From: Escherichia phage SSBS18_WS_10_728
Direction: 5' to 3' (one strand)
Sequence record: MT322327.1
DNA: 64,000 nucleotides
A program made the position numbers and the translations under genes. How positions within the stretch are numbered: the stretch's first letter is position 1; each line of letters begins with the position of its first letter. Below are positions 35,521 to 44,858 of this stretch, one piece after another. Below the pieces are notes generated by a model that was given only the letters and a program-made list of their open reading frames with translations, was not told where the DNA came from and searched no databases.

Positions 35521-35596
35521 CTGTATGTATTCGTTTTGCAATCGCTGAAATGATTAACAAGGCAATCTTGAAAGATGCCTATGGAGAAACTAAGTA

Positions 35597-35821
35597 ATGA
35601 TTAAGACACCTGTACCAATTTTTGGATTCCCTTCTATTGAAGAGTTCAAAGTTTATCTTGACAAAAACTTCTACAATGAGCAGCCTGTTACTCTGCTGAA
35701 GAGTGATTTATCAGAGCTTCTTGATATGGTTATCAAGGCAACTTCTGAGAAGGAACCTGAGCAGAAAGCTGAGAAGAAGACTAGTAAGAAATCTGAAAAG
35801 AAAACTGAAAAGTCTGAGTAA
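35597..35821 (+). CDS. hypothetical protein with Lys/Glu-rich tail
   Basis: 74 aa ORF. Confidence 0.35.
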   Translation: MIKTPVPIFGFPSIEEFKVYLDKNFYNEQPVTLLKSDLSELLDMVIKATSEKEPEQKAEKKTSKKSEKKTEKSE

Positions 35822-35874
35822 TAACTTGAGGGGTTACTTGATAGCCCCTTTGTAGAAACTTAGAAGGTAGCGAA

Positions 35875-36339
35875 ATGAAAATTAAAGAAGTTGTTCAAAA
35901 AGCAATGCTTGACAACTCAACTAAAGATGAAATGTACAAAGAGATTTGTGATAAGTTGAATTGTTCAAGACATGCTGCTAAGGCTCTTGTACATTGCTTT
36001 ATCTGGGAATGCTCAGAAGCTTATATGCAATATGTAGCTTTTGAAAGTTCTCATCTTCTAGGTGATGTAGAAGCTGGTGAGAAACTAAAAGAACCTGAGA
36101 TGAAAACAGTCCCTAAAGTTGGAAATGTATACCCACTTAAAGATTTCAAGACTGGAAAGGTTGTTGCAAAAGGTGTAGTAGAGCATGTTTATGATGACGG
36201 TGAATACTTACTTAAAGTATTTGAGTATGATAGCCACCATACACACTTATGTGGGCTTACATTCTTTGTAACAAAAGAAGACCTCATTAAAAACAAAGAC
36301 AACAAGTTTGCAGTCCCAGATTACCAAGTCTTACGATAA
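35875..36339 (+). CDS. hypothetical protein
   Basis: 154 aa ORF with GGTAGCGAA upstream. Confidence 0.4.
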   Translation: MKIKEVVQKAMLDNSTKDEMYKEICDKLNCSRHAAKALVHCFIWECSEAYMQYVAFESSHLLGDVEAGEKLKEPEMKTVPKVGNVYPLKDFKTGKVVAKGVVEHVYDDGEYLLKVFEYDSHHTHLCGLTFFVTKEDLIKNKDNKFAVPDYQVLR

Positions 36340-36352
36340 TGGTGTAATAGAT

Positions 36353-36901
36353 ATGGAAAAAGATAATTTAAAAGATGTTGAAGGTAACTATCTAGTTCTT
36401 GACTGGAGTGATGCTCAAGAAGCACTCTCTGAAGAAAGCCTTGACAGATTAAAACAGATTGTTTTTGCAGTACGGAGTTACAGAGAAGTTAAAAATGGTA
36501 AAGACCCACTTGAAGGAGTCTTTGTAGAGAAGTCTTATCCGTTCTATGAAGACACTTTACAGAAAGTTAAGATGTACTTTAGACAGAAGAACCGTAAAGT
36601 GGTCACTATGGTATCTCTTGGTGGACAGAGTATGTCTGTGATGGAAGATATCAACCCTAAGAGACCGAGTAAAGGTGTTTGTATAAAAATCACAGGTCAT
36701 GAAGAGTATATCTCAGTGGATGACTTTAGTTCATTCTGTAATGGTTCTGCTGTCTTTAATGGGTTCCACTATGATATCCGAGTGTACCCAATCAAGGGAG
36801 ATGATATCATGATGCAGATATTCGATAGTAACAATGGATTTGCTCATTTTTATCAGACAACCAAGTCATCACTGAAGACAGTTCTAGAAACACTGATTTA
36901 A
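36353..36901 (+). CDS. hypothetical protein
   Basis: ORF-track ORF 36308..36901; start placed at internal ATG 36353 to avoid overlap; start uncertain. Confidence 0.35.
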   Translation: MEKDNLKDVEGNYLVLDWSDAQEALSEESLDRLKQIVFAVRSYREVKNGKDPLEGVFVEKSYPFYEDTLQKVKMYFRQKNRKVVTMVSLGGQSMSVMEDINPKRPSKGVCIKITGHEEYISVDDFSSFCNGSAVFNGFHYDIRVYPIKGDDIMMQIFDSNNGFAHFYQTTKSSLKTVLETLI

Positions 36902-36911
36902 AATATTTTAA

Positions 36912-36938
36912 GAGCCTCCTTAATTGGGGGCTTTTTAA
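36912..36938 (+). terminator. putative intrinsic terminator
   Basis: Hairpin AGCCTCC-TTAATT-GGGGGCT followed by TTTTT. Confidence 0.5.
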
Positions 36939-36939
36939 T

Positions 36940-38520
36940 TTTTATAAAATTTTATCGGTTGTCCCAACCTCTGGGTCACCATCATATGTGAATAAAATAT
37001 CTATCCTTCTTAACAGCCTTCTTAATCTTACTCTCTATATAGTTATATAGTACTATATAGTATCTTAGTATCTATCTAGTGGTCTTAATAGCACCTCTGT
37101 ATAGCCCTTCTAAACACTCTTCTAACAAGCCTTCTTAACAGCCTATACAATCACCTTAACCATTCCTCTACACCCTCTTAGAAGCTCCTATACACCTCTT
37201 AATCTCTAGGTTAGCTATGATACTCTCTATAGGTGTTCACTAGGAAATACTAAGCCTCTATATAGACTGTTTTAACAAACTTAACAGGAATATCTTTACA
37301 GACCTTATCTCACAAGGTCTAACACGGTACTAACAAGGTATCTTATAAGCCTGTTTATGCCTGTATTTTTAAAAGACTGTCTAGGTAATTATTCAGAATT
37401 TTAAAATTTTTATAAAATAGGACTATCAAGTCATTTTTTAGGGTCTTTGAAGGAACTGAAAAATATCTGTAGAGTTGATTCGGTAGAGCCTACCTCATGA
37501 TGTATATCTGCTTGGTAGCCCTTAACATCCTTGTAACATCCCCTTTGCAGAATTTTAAAATATCATTAACAATCTCTTAACAGTTGCTACATCTTCTTAA
37601 CATCTCTTCAGAGGTCTTAACAGATTCTTAACAGAACTAACAAGAGCTTAACAGTTTTTTAACAAGTGCTGAATAGTCTTTACAGAGGTTTAACAGATGA
37701 CTAACAAGTCCTAAGAAGTTAATTTTAAAGGGTTATTTTGTAAAGATAATTAACAAGTTCCTAACAAGTGTTTAACCTTTTTAACAAGCTATTAACATGG
37801 TCACTATCTCTTGGTCTATAGTTCCCTCTCCCTCTTAGTGACCCTTTAAACATACCTCTTAAAAGCTCTCCATAGCTCTTTGTAAGCTCTTTTAAGTCTC
37901 TTCCTAGTAGTTACACCCCCAACTATACAGAAAGCTATTTATAGGGCTTTACAGGAGCTTTTAAGGCTATGTCAAAGACTCTTACAAGGCTTTTACGTGG
38001 TTTTAACAGAGATTTAACAAGGGGCTAACAAGTTGCTAACAAGTACCTTAAAAGCATAACTATGTAGGGTTTGTTAAGAAATTGTTAAGAAAATGTTAAG
38101 GGGGCTAGCATTTACGTAACTTTATAGCCTCTTTTACGTAACTTTGAAGTAACTTTATAGCCTCTTTTACGTAACTTTATAGCCCCTATAACATACTTTT
38201 TAGTGACTATCAAGGGGGTTGTTTAGTTATTCACAAGATACTAACGAGATGATAAAGCTTACACCCTTATAAGATTCTTTTAAGGCTCTGGTAAGCTTTA
38301 TAAAGGGATTTTAAGGGTGAAGTAATGCAATCCCTTAAGTTAGGTTAAAAAGGCTGTTATAGGGCTTTATAGAGCGTTTTAGTGGTTGCCCTTCCCTTTC
38401 GGGTTATGGGCTTATATTTAAGTTGATTTGATAAAAGGCTATAGAGTAGACTATAGAGTTATTGCTTTTAAGGTCTAGTAAGATTCTGGAAAGGAAAGGG
38501 AAAGGATTTAATAAGACGTA
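36940..38520. repeat. ORF-free repeat-rich region (YTAACAR heptamer arrays, direct repeats)
   Basis: No ORF of 60 aa or more in any frame over ~1.6 kb; more than 20 copies of TTAACAG/TAACAAG and inverse GTTAAG; three copies of TTTACGTAACTTTATAGCC at 38107-38190. Confidence 0.6.
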
Positions 38521-38541
38521 AAAAAGCCCCATTTAAGGGGC
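38521..38541 (-). terminator. intrinsic terminator
   Basis: Hairpin GCCCC-TTAAAT-GGGGC followed by UUUUUU on minus strand, after last gene of small-gene array; second hairpin at 38554-38569. Confidence 0.55.
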
Positions 38542-38580
38542 TGTAAAGGTATCTGGGGCTATTTAGCCCCGTTGCGGCGT

Positions 38581-38829
38581 TTAGTTAGTGCCTTCTTTGT
38601 CGTAGTACAGGGAGACTATTTTTTCACCCCAATAGTGAAAAGTGTAACCATCTTTAAGAACTTCCTGTTTTGTTTCTTTCCAGAACTCATCAGAAGGATT
38701 ATAGTCTTTGATGGTCTGACTGATAAGACCTTTCACCATTTCAAAGGCGTTATCAGTGCCAACAAGGTCAAATTTAACATCCAGAGAGTAGAAGCCGAAT
38801 TCGTTAACAGTTGCGCGAATAGTTGCCAT
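38581..38829 (-). CDS. hypothetical small protein
   Basis: 82 aa ORF preceded by conserved cassette with AGGAG RBS. Confidence 0.45.
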   Translation of the reverse strand: MATIRATVNEFGFYSLDVKFDLVGTDNAFEMVKGLISQTIKDYNPSDEFWKETKQEVLKDGYTFHYWGEKIVSLYYDKEGTN

Positions 38830-38896
38830 TTTAGAATCTCCTAGTTTAAGGACTTTGTTTAGTGGGGAAGGTCATTCCCTCCCGTTGATTAGTAAT
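38830..38896 (-). promoter_or_regulatory. conserved intergenic cassette (type B: stem-loop plus conserved leader and RBS)
   Basis: Coding-strand GGGAGGGAATGACCTTCCCC hairpin then ACTAAACAAAGTCCTTAAACTAGGAGATTCTAAA-ATG. Confidence 0.5.
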
Positions 38897-39160
38897 TTAC
38901 TGCATGTTGGCGTATGTTGCAAGCCTTTTTTCGTTGTATTTTGTAAGAATCTCACAAGATAAAACATCATATTTTGTAATAGCGTTGCCTTTGTCGAGGT
39001 CAAAGAATCCAAATGTTTTACCATCTTTGAAGCCCACAACCTCGTAAGACTCTTTGATGATTTCACCATTGAACAAATCACTTTCGATACGGTGGAATAA
39101 TGCTACATCCTCTTTATCGGTTGCAATCTGTAACAGTGTGGTCAATTCTACGTGTTCCAT
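38897..39160 (-). CDS. hypothetical small protein
   Basis: 87 aa ORF with cassette upstream. Confidence 0.45.
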   Translation of the reverse strand: MEHVELTTLLQIATDKEDVALFHRIESDLFNGEIIKESYEVVGFKDGKTFGFFDLDKGNAITKYDVLSCEILTKYNEKRLATYANMQ

Positions 39161-39221
39161 TTTGAATCTCCAGTTTAGGATTTTATTTAGTGGGGGAGGT
39201 TATCCCCCGTTAAAAGACACT
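39161..39221 (-). promoter_or_regulatory. conserved intergenic cassette (type B variant)
   Basis: Hairpin GGGGGAGG.../CCCCC plus conserved leader. Confidence 0.45.
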
Positions 39222-39752
39222 TTATAGATTCTTGGTTGTCTCGTCAATATCTTTTTCAATATCTTTTAAAGTTTTTTCTAAGTTCTTGATATTGAACGTT
39301 AAACCTTCACCGAGGGTCTGAGAGTAACCGTTAGGACGATGGTCGTAAAGCTCGATATCTTCCACATCGGATAGGCTTACTCTTTCACCATTTGCAGCGT
39401 AGGCCATTGAAACAGTATTTACAGGGGCTTTATAGAACTTGTTTAAGGACTTGATAGAACGTTCGTAAGCCATTTTATAACCGTTTAAAAGGCTTTTAAC
39501 GTGGTTGTGAACGTTTTTACACTCATCCAAGTAAATCCCTAAGAATAGCGGTAATAATTCTGCTACAGCTTGCATAAAGTGAGAGACTACAACTGTTGCA
39601 ACATTACGACGATGAACGTAATAAGCCCCGTTTTCTGATTTAGTGATGGTTGCAAAGTGTACCCCATTGCAGCGAAATTCATAGGTATCTTTAACAGGCT
39701 TAGACATTACAGCATTTGAGCGAATGTAGTTGATAGCTTGAAATTTGTTCAT
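39222..39752 (-). CDS. hypothetical protein
   Basis: 176 aa ORF. Confidence 0.45.
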   Translation of the reverse strand: MNKFQAINYIRSNAVMSKPVKDTYEFRCNGVHFATITKSENGAYYVHRRNVATVVVSHFMQAVAELLPLFLGIYLDECKNVHNHVKSLLNGYKMAYERSIKSLNKFYKAPVNTVSMAYAANGERVSLSDVEDIELYDHRPNGYSQTLGEGLTFNIKNLEKTLKDIEKDIDETTKNL

Positions 39753-39830
39753 TTTTGAATCTCCTAGTTTAAGGACTTTATTTAGTGAGGAAGTTCATTC
39801 CCTCACCGTTGATTAGTAATTTACTTGTTT
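39753..39830 (-). promoter_or_regulatory. conserved intergenic cassette (type B)
   Basis: Same leader and RBS as other copies; followed by ~145 nt extra spacer with two TTGACA boxes on coding strand. Confidence 0.45.
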
Positions 39831-39975
39831 TGATATCTGATTGCAAGCAATTTTTTAAGTTTATCTATAAAGAATCTTTTAAGTTAATCCCTTTTAGATA
39901 AACCCCCTCGAACAAAGTTACCAATGTCAAGGGGTATTGTCAACACTTTTTTAAAAGTTTTTTGTAAGTTATTGA

Positions 39976-40362
39976 TTAACTGATGAATATTTTTTCAGGT
40001 TTTACATAGCTGATACGCTGACTTTTTAGGAGGTCATCCCAGATTAGCGCGGCAATATGAGAATAACCGGATTCACGTAAGAGCTTCATTGCTTTACTTC
40101 TCGTTTCGAATCTGGTTGCATAGTACTCACTATTCAAAACAGTTTTATTCCCTTCGTTATCTGTATGGATAATCTGCATCACTTGAAAGGGGCTGGTATC
40201 CTCGCCTTTGTTCCATTGCTCAAAGTATTTTAGGCACTGCATAGGTGACAGCTTATCGCTTACTTGAGTTGACCAAGATGAATTCTCTTTATCAGTAATT
40301 ACAGTTACATAAGCCATTTTTGAATCTCCTAGTTTAAGGACTTTATTTAGTAGGGAGGTCAT
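39976..40362 (-). CDS. hypothetical protein
   Basis: 128 aa ORF. Confidence 0.45.
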   Translation of the reverse strand: MTSLLNKVLKLGDSKMAYVTVITDKENSSWSTQVSDKLSPMQCLKYFEQWNKGEDTSPFQVMQIIHTDNEGNKTVLNSEYYATRFETRSKAMKLLRESGYSHIAALIWDDLLKSQRISYVKPEKIFIS

Positions 40363-40405
40363 CCCTCCCGTTGATTGACAATTTACAGACTTTTATCAGG
40401 CTTGT
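40363..40405 (-). promoter_or_regulatory. conserved intergenic cassette (type B)
   Basis: Hairpin GGGAGGGATGACCTCCC plus conserved leader and RBS. Confidence 0.45.
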
Positions 40406-40639
40406 CTAGTCTTTTTCAATGATAATTTCATATTGACCATCTACGCTGTCAAAATAGACACCATCTTCATCTTCTGTCTTAAAGTAACATTGTATATCAT
40501 CACTGGCGGGGTAGTCTTGTCTTGCTATCTGACAGACCTGAACGGCATTTTCTTTACTTCCTGTAAACTCCTCAAGCCCTTTAAAATCACATGAATGACC
40601 ATTACAAATAGAAAGGATAAGATAAACGGTTGTCAGCAT
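40406..40639 (-). CDS. hypothetical small protein (possible signal peptide)
   Basis: 77 aa; hydrophobic N-terminus MLTTVYLILSICNG. Confidence 0.4.
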   Translation of the reverse strand: MLTTVYLILSICNGHSCDFKGLEEFTGSKENAVQVCQIARQDYPASDDIQCYFKTEDEDGVYFDSVDGQYEIIIEKD

Positions 40640-40702
40640 GATTGAAGCCCTCTAAATGGCCCTGTGTGGGCCTTAAGTTAAAAGTTGGTGTCTTTGTACT
40701 GC

Positions 40703-41266
40703 TTATCCTAAAAAGTCCTTTAAATTGCGTTCTGTGAGGTTTTCCGTGATTTTATCCAGTAGGTCACAAAACACGGAACTATCACCGCTATTCTGTACAA
40801 TTTTTGCAATACTCAACAAATCATCATCAATATAGCCCAAATTGCGGTTAGTTGTATCAGGTACAAAGAAAGGTGCATACATCGCACTAAATTTTGTTGA
40901 GTGTATGCTAACAATCCAATTTTTATCAAAGTATCCGGTAAAGCTGGCAATTTCGCTCATGTTGTCACAAGAATAATCATCCTCTAGTTCTTCCTCTGGG
41001 ATATCCATTTCAATAACAATCACGTCCTGCGTTTCCATTTGGAAAGCGGCCGTAATAAGCCCCGACTCTAAGGCACTTTGAATGCAGCGTTCACGGATGT
41101 AAGAGTCTTCCTCATCTTCCATACATTCCATTTTGATAACCTTATCCATTGGGTAAACGTAGAAACAATCGTCCATGTAGGAGCAGTTCCAGATACCTTC
41201 CGGCTTGTCGCCACCATTCAGCAGGTTTACAAAGTTTTTCAGAGTAGTTCCGTGATAGCATTTCAT
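40703..41266 (-). CDS. hypothetical protein
   Basis: 187 aa ORF. Confidence 0.45.
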   Translation of the reverse strand: MKCYHGTTLKNFVNLLNGGDKPEGIWNCSYMDDCFYVYPMDKVIKMECMEDEEDSYIRERCIQSALESGLITAAFQMETQDVIVIEMDIPEEELEDDYSCDNMSEIASFTGYFDKNWIVSIHSTKFSAMYAPFFVPDTTNRNLGYIDDDLLSIAKIVQNSGDSSVFCDLLDKITENLTERNLKDFLG

Positions 41267-41358
41267 TTTTGAATCTCCTAGTTTAAGGACTTTGTTTAGT
41301 GGTAAAGCTCTTTATCTGGGGCTTACTGTACAGACTTATAAGCCCCTTGTAAAGTACT
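41267..41358 (-). promoter_or_regulatory. conserved intergenic cassette (type A: TTTACA box, GGGGCTT-loop-AAGCCCC palindrome, leader, RBS)
   Basis: Coding strand TACTTTACAAGGGGCTTATAAGTCTGTACAGTAAGCCCCAGATAAAGAGCTTTACCACTAAACAAAGTCCTTAAACTAGGAGATTCAAAAATG. Confidence 0.5.
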
Positions 41359-41562
41359 TTATCGGTTATTTTTGACAACTTTTAAAACTGCAAGATAACC
41401 TAAGCAATAAGAGTCGCCGAAGAGAGTCCTACCCATGAAAGAATCCTCTTTAATATCCTTTGCAGTGACAGTTTTTTCTACGCCGTGGGAAAGGACTACA
41501 TCGCCAACTTTGATATCTTTGATATGAGTAGTTTCAATGTTTAAACCGTTGATAATAGCCAT
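41359..41562 (-). CDS. hypothetical small protein
   Basis: 67 aa ORF. Confidence 0.4.
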   Translation of the reverse strand: MAIINGLNIETTHIKDIKVGDVVLSHGVEKTVTAKDIKEDSFMGRTLFGDSYCLGYLAVLKVVKNNR

Positions 41563-41662
41563 TTTTGAATCTCCTAGTTTAAGGACTTTGTTTAGTGGGA
41601 AGGTAATTCCCTCCCCGTTGATGTGTAATTTAATCTATCTGAAAACCAGTGTCAACAGTTTT
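41563..41662 (-). promoter_or_regulatory. conserved intergenic cassette (type B variant)
   Basis: Hairpin GGGGAGGGAATTACCTTCCC plus conserved leader and RBS. Confidence 0.45.
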
Positions 41663-42067
41663 TTAGAGTTCTGCATAAATTGCGTCGCAGATATTACGAA
41701 AATCGTGATTTGTTAAGTTACGTTGCAACCATGTTGCGAAAAAGTCAGCGATTGCAAAATTAGCGTCATACTCAACAGATAGCCACACTTTAACAGCAAA
41801 TCGAAACATTTTCAAGTCTAATTCTTTATTCATAACCTTTGATTTGCCTAACATGTCAGCCATCTCATATTGTGCACCGTCTAGCGTGATACCTGCTGCA
41901 ACGTCAGCCAATGAGTTTTTTACGCTTTCAACGTCTAAGATAACACTTTGAATCTTACCAATAATGTTGTGTAATGTTTCGTCCGGTGCTGATGACGTGA
42001 TAACATTAATCCGGTTGACGGTCAAACGCGCTTTTAAGATTGATAACTCACGATTATTAATAGCCAT
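41663..42067 (-). CDS. hypothetical protein
   Basis: 134 aa ORF. Confidence 0.45.
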   Translation of the reverse strand: MAINNRELSILKARLTVNRINVITSSAPDETLHNIIGKIQSVILDVESVKNSLADVAAGITLDGAQYEMADMLGKSKVMNKELDLKMFRFAVKVWLSVEYDANFAIADFFATWLQRNLTNHDFRNICDAIYAEL

Positions 42068-42153
42068 TTTAGAATCTCCAATTTAGGATTTAGTTAGTAA
42101 AGCTCTTTATCTGGGGCTTACTTTATCGAACTATAAGCCCCTTGTAAAGTACT
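42068..42153 (-). promoter_or_regulatory. conserved intergenic cassette (type A)
   Basis: TTTACA, 17 bp spacer, TAAAGT inside GGGGCTTA...TAAGCCCC palindrome, then leader and RBS. Confidence 0.5.
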
Positions 42154-42426
42154 TTATGCTAAATGCAGCTTTTTACCTTTTACCATGATGTAAGTTGATG
42201 CGCTATTACTATAAACATCCTGATAAATTCTGCGCAAACGGCCTTCGTAGTATACTTTCCAACTGGTTGGAATCTTTTTCCCGTATCCTGTAGCAGTTTT
42301 TTGGAGTCCTGCAACTTGCCAATCTAAGATATGTTGTTCGGCTTGTAAATCCTCGAAGTGCATTACACCGTTCACATAGTGACGAAGGGTTACATTTAAA
42401 GTGCGACCGTTGTTAGTAGTATACAT
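42154..42426 (-). CDS. hypothetical small protein
   Basis: 90 aa ORF. Confidence 0.4.
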   Translation of the reverse strand: MYTTNNGRTLNVTLRHYVNGVMHFEDLQAEQHILDWQVAGLQKTATGYGKKIPTSWKVYYEGRLRRIYQDVYSNSASTYIMVKGKKLHLA

Positions 42427-42514
42427 TTTTGAATCTCCTAGTTTAAGGACTTTACTTAGTGGGGAGGTTATTACCTCCCGTTGATTAGTAATTTACTTGT
42501 TTTAAAAACCAAAA
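42427..42514 (-). promoter_or_regulatory. conserved intergenic cassette (type B)
   Basis: Hairpin GGGAGGTAATAACCTCCCC plus conserved leader and RBS. Confidence 0.45.
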
Positions 42515-42847
42515 TCAAGAGGAATTTTTTCGTTTGTTCAATTCTTGGACAATTACAGCGTAATAGTCTTTTAAGTCACTAATATTTAAAGCATTTATCA
42601 GAGAGTTATAATCATCCACTAACTGAAAATCATCTTTGAAAATGTCACTTATCTGATAGGTTTTCGCTTTATATCTGAAGCTCATCTCTAGCCGCTTTAT
42701 TTGCTCATCACTGAGGCGCCCTAGAAAGCTTTCTACAAGGTTATTGCTAACCTGCTGTGTGATTGCCTTATTTGCTAGATTATAGGCTTTATATGCCTTA
42801 TATAGCGCGAAAATGGCAATGATTGCAGTGATACCAGTCATTAACAT
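42515..42847 (-). CDS. hypothetical membrane-anchored protein
   Basis: 110 aa; N-terminal TM helix MLMTGITAIIAIFALYKAY. Confidence 0.45.
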   Translation of the reverse strand: MLMTGITAIIAIFALYKAYKAYNLANKAITQQVSNNLVESFLGRLSDEQIKRLEMSFRYKAKTYQISDIFKDDFQLVDDYNSLINALNISDLKDYYAVIVQELNKRKNSS

Positions 42848-43137
42848 GGTGTTTCCTCTTTACGTGATACTTTGCCATTTACAGTTATCTCATAAGAATC
42901 TAGTAAGTCACTTTTAGATTTTACTGGACTTTTAAAAGTATCATCATAGACATTTACTTGCAATACAGGTTTTTTATATTCCCTGCAACTATTCCATAAG
43001 CAAATCACTACACGACGGCCTTTTATTTTGCCGTGTAACCATTCCATAACATCATGACTATTCCTTGATGTCTCTATAAAATCAATTTTGTTGAGTAATT
43101 TGCTGAGGTTTTCCCTAACTTTATTTGATAATTTCAT
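42841..43137 (-). CDS. hypothetical small protein
   Basis: 98 aa ORF overlapping downstream gene by 7 nt. Confidence 0.4.
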   Translation of the reverse strand: MKLSNKVRENLSKLLNKIDFIETSRNSHDVMEWLHGKIKGRRVVICLWNSCREYKKPVLQVNVYDDTFKSPVKSKSDLLDSYEITVNGKVSRKEETPC

Positions 43138-43228
43138 CTTTGAATCTCCTAGTTTAAGGGTTAATTTGATAAATCTCTTTATCTGGGGCTATCATATCCG
43201 CTTGTTAGCCCCGTGTAAAGAAATCTAT
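43138..43228 (-). promoter_or_regulatory. conserved intergenic cassette (type A variant)
   Basis: TTACAC, 16 bp spacer, TATGAT within GGGGCTAACAAGCGGATATGATAGCCCC palindrome. Confidence 0.5.
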
Positions 43229-43741
43229 TTAGTTCTTAAAGATATTCATCACTGAATCTTTTAATGCTTCCAAGCGTTCTAATACTTCAGATTCTGCGTC
43301 TGCGTTGTTCACTTCCTCTTTTAGTCTGTCATCTAAATCATCGCCGTCACTGTAGCACCAATCGAAAGCATAACCAATATAAAAACTCTCTAAAACCGTG
43401 CTACCGTTTGCATCTACAACTTTCGCGGCAATGTTATACTCTGAAGCCTCTAAATCCCTTTCTAGTTCTTTCTGTAAGCTCGTGTAAGCCTCTTTCGATG
43501 GATTCTCACGGCCTTGTTTTGCATAGTCACTTGAAAGCTGCTTAAGGCTGTAATGTAAAGGGATTGCATATTTAAATTCATTACGCTGACAGTTAAGATT
43601 TTTAATAGTTACACCGCCTTGATGGTCATCTGTAAATTTCCAATTATCAAGGTTATGACTTGCTTCGTAGCAATTAACAGCCTCATAAATGATGGAAAAT
43701 TTTTCTTTTACAACTTCAAAGGTAGCGTCTACAGTTTTCAT
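43229..43741 (-). CDS. hypothetical acidic protein
   Basis: 170 aa ORF. Confidence 0.45.
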   Translation of the reverse strand: MKTVDATFEVVKEKFSIIYEAVNCYEASHNLDNWKFTDDHQGGVTIKNLNCQRNEFKYAIPLHYSLKQLSSDYAKQGRENPSKEAYTSLQKELERDLEASEYNIAAKVVDANGSTVLESFYIGYAFDWCYSDGDDLDDRLKEEVNNADAESEVLERLEALKDSVMNIFKN

Positions 43742-43836
43742 TTTTGAATCTCCTAGTTTAAGGACTTGATTTAGTGGTAAAGCTCTTTATCTGGGGCTTA
43801 AGATATCAACTTTTAAGCCCCTTGTAAAGTACTTTA
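43742..43836 (-). promoter_or_regulatory. conserved intergenic cassette (type A)
   Basis: TTTACA, 17 bp spacer, TATCTT within GGGGCTTAAAAGTTGATATCTTAAGCCCC. Confidence 0.5.
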
Positions 43837-44094
43837 TCAGATTAAATTGCCAGTTAATGATAAGTGCATTTTGTAACCTTGTTTAGTAAACACGTTCACT
43901 TTACCGATGGATTTTACACCTTTAAAGAGGTTATTTGAACTGCGTTTTAAGGTTAACTTTTTATCAGCCTTCACGCCCCATCTTACAGCAGTTTGTTTTC
44001 CGTTGTCAACCACTTTCCCGCCTAACTTTTTCGCCATGATGCGAGCGTCATCACGAGTTTTTGCAGGAACTACAACGTTTTTGATAATAGCCAT
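43837..44094 (-). CDS. hypothetical small basic protein
   Basis: 85 aa ORF. Confidence 0.4.
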   Translation of the reverse strand: MAIIKNVVVPAKTRDDARIMAKKLGGKVVDNGKQTAVRWGVKADKKLTLKRSSNNLFKGVKSIGKVNVFTKQGYKMHLSLTGNLI

Positions 44095-44182
44095 TTTAGA
44101 ATCTCCAATTTAGGATTTAGTGGTAAAGCTCTTTATCTGGGGCTTACTTTATCTAACTATAAGCCCCTTGTAAAGTACTTTA
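44095..44182 (-). promoter_or_regulatory. conserved intergenic cassette (type A)
   Basis: Near-identical to the 42068-42153 copy. Confidence 0.5.
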
Positions 44183-44563
44183 TCAGTTAATTTTGAAAAT
44201 TGTCACATAGCCGTCACTGCCGATTATTTGAGACACTCCAGCTTTTTCCACTGAATAGCCCATATTTTCAAGATGATAAACAGCATCATCATAACCATAT
44301 GCGCCACCCTGATAACGTCTCTTATCGCATCTTATCAGGTTTTTACCACGTCCTGCAAGTGCATTCAGTACGGCTTTTTCACTTGATAGCGTACCATCTA
44401 ACATGGTTGCCGTGTAATGGTTGATTTTATTCCCGTTAATATCATACTTAAAATTGAATGCGTGAACAACAATCAATTTGCCGTTAAATTTTTCATCAAG
44501 TGACTTCTCCAGTGCGTTGCGGAAGTTGTCTTTGTTGATGAATTTCGGTGCACGATAAGCCAT
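44183..44563 (-). CDS. hypothetical protein
   Basis: 126 aa ORF. Confidence 0.45.
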   Translation of the reverse strand: MAYRAPKFINKDNFRNALEKSLDEKFNGKLIVVHAFNFKYDINGNKINHYTATMLDGTLSSEKAVLNALAGRGKNLIRCDKRRYQGGAYGYDDAVYHLENMGYSVEKAGVSQIIGSDGYVTIFKIN

Positions 44564-44651
44564 TTTTGAATCTCCTAGTTTAAGGTTAATGTAGTAAAGC
44601 TCTTTATCTGGGGCTTAAGATATCAGCTTTTAAGCCCCCTGTAAAGTACTT
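44564..44651 (-). promoter_or_regulatory. conserved intergenic cassette (type A)
   Basis: TTTACAGGGGGCTTAAAAGCTGATATCTTAAGCCCC plus leader and RBS. Confidence 0.5.
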
Positions 44652-44858
44652 TTATTTATCGTAGTAGTAAATTGCTGTCTGTCTTGTAAACTTCTTAGTG
44701 TTTCTTGTAAGGTAGCAATTAGAATTAATAGCCGTTTCTACATAGTTGCAATAGTCGGCTTCTGATATTCTGGACCATACGCCACAGATTTTCATGTAAA
44801 AACGTTTTGCCTTTGTGTTAACGTTAGTTGTAACCATTAATTCACGATAGTAAGTCAT
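44652..44858 (-). CDS. hypothetical small protein (first gene of array)
   Basis: 68 aa ORF. Confidence 0.4.
   Translation of the reverse strand: MTYYRELMVTTNVNTKAKRFYMKICGVWSRISEADYCNYVETAINSNCYLTRNTKKFTRQTAIYYYDK

Noticed and set aside
36940-38520. CRISPR array
   Set aside because: Repeats are short (7-22 bp), irregularly spaced and in both orientations, with no regular repeat-spacer periodicity and no cas genes
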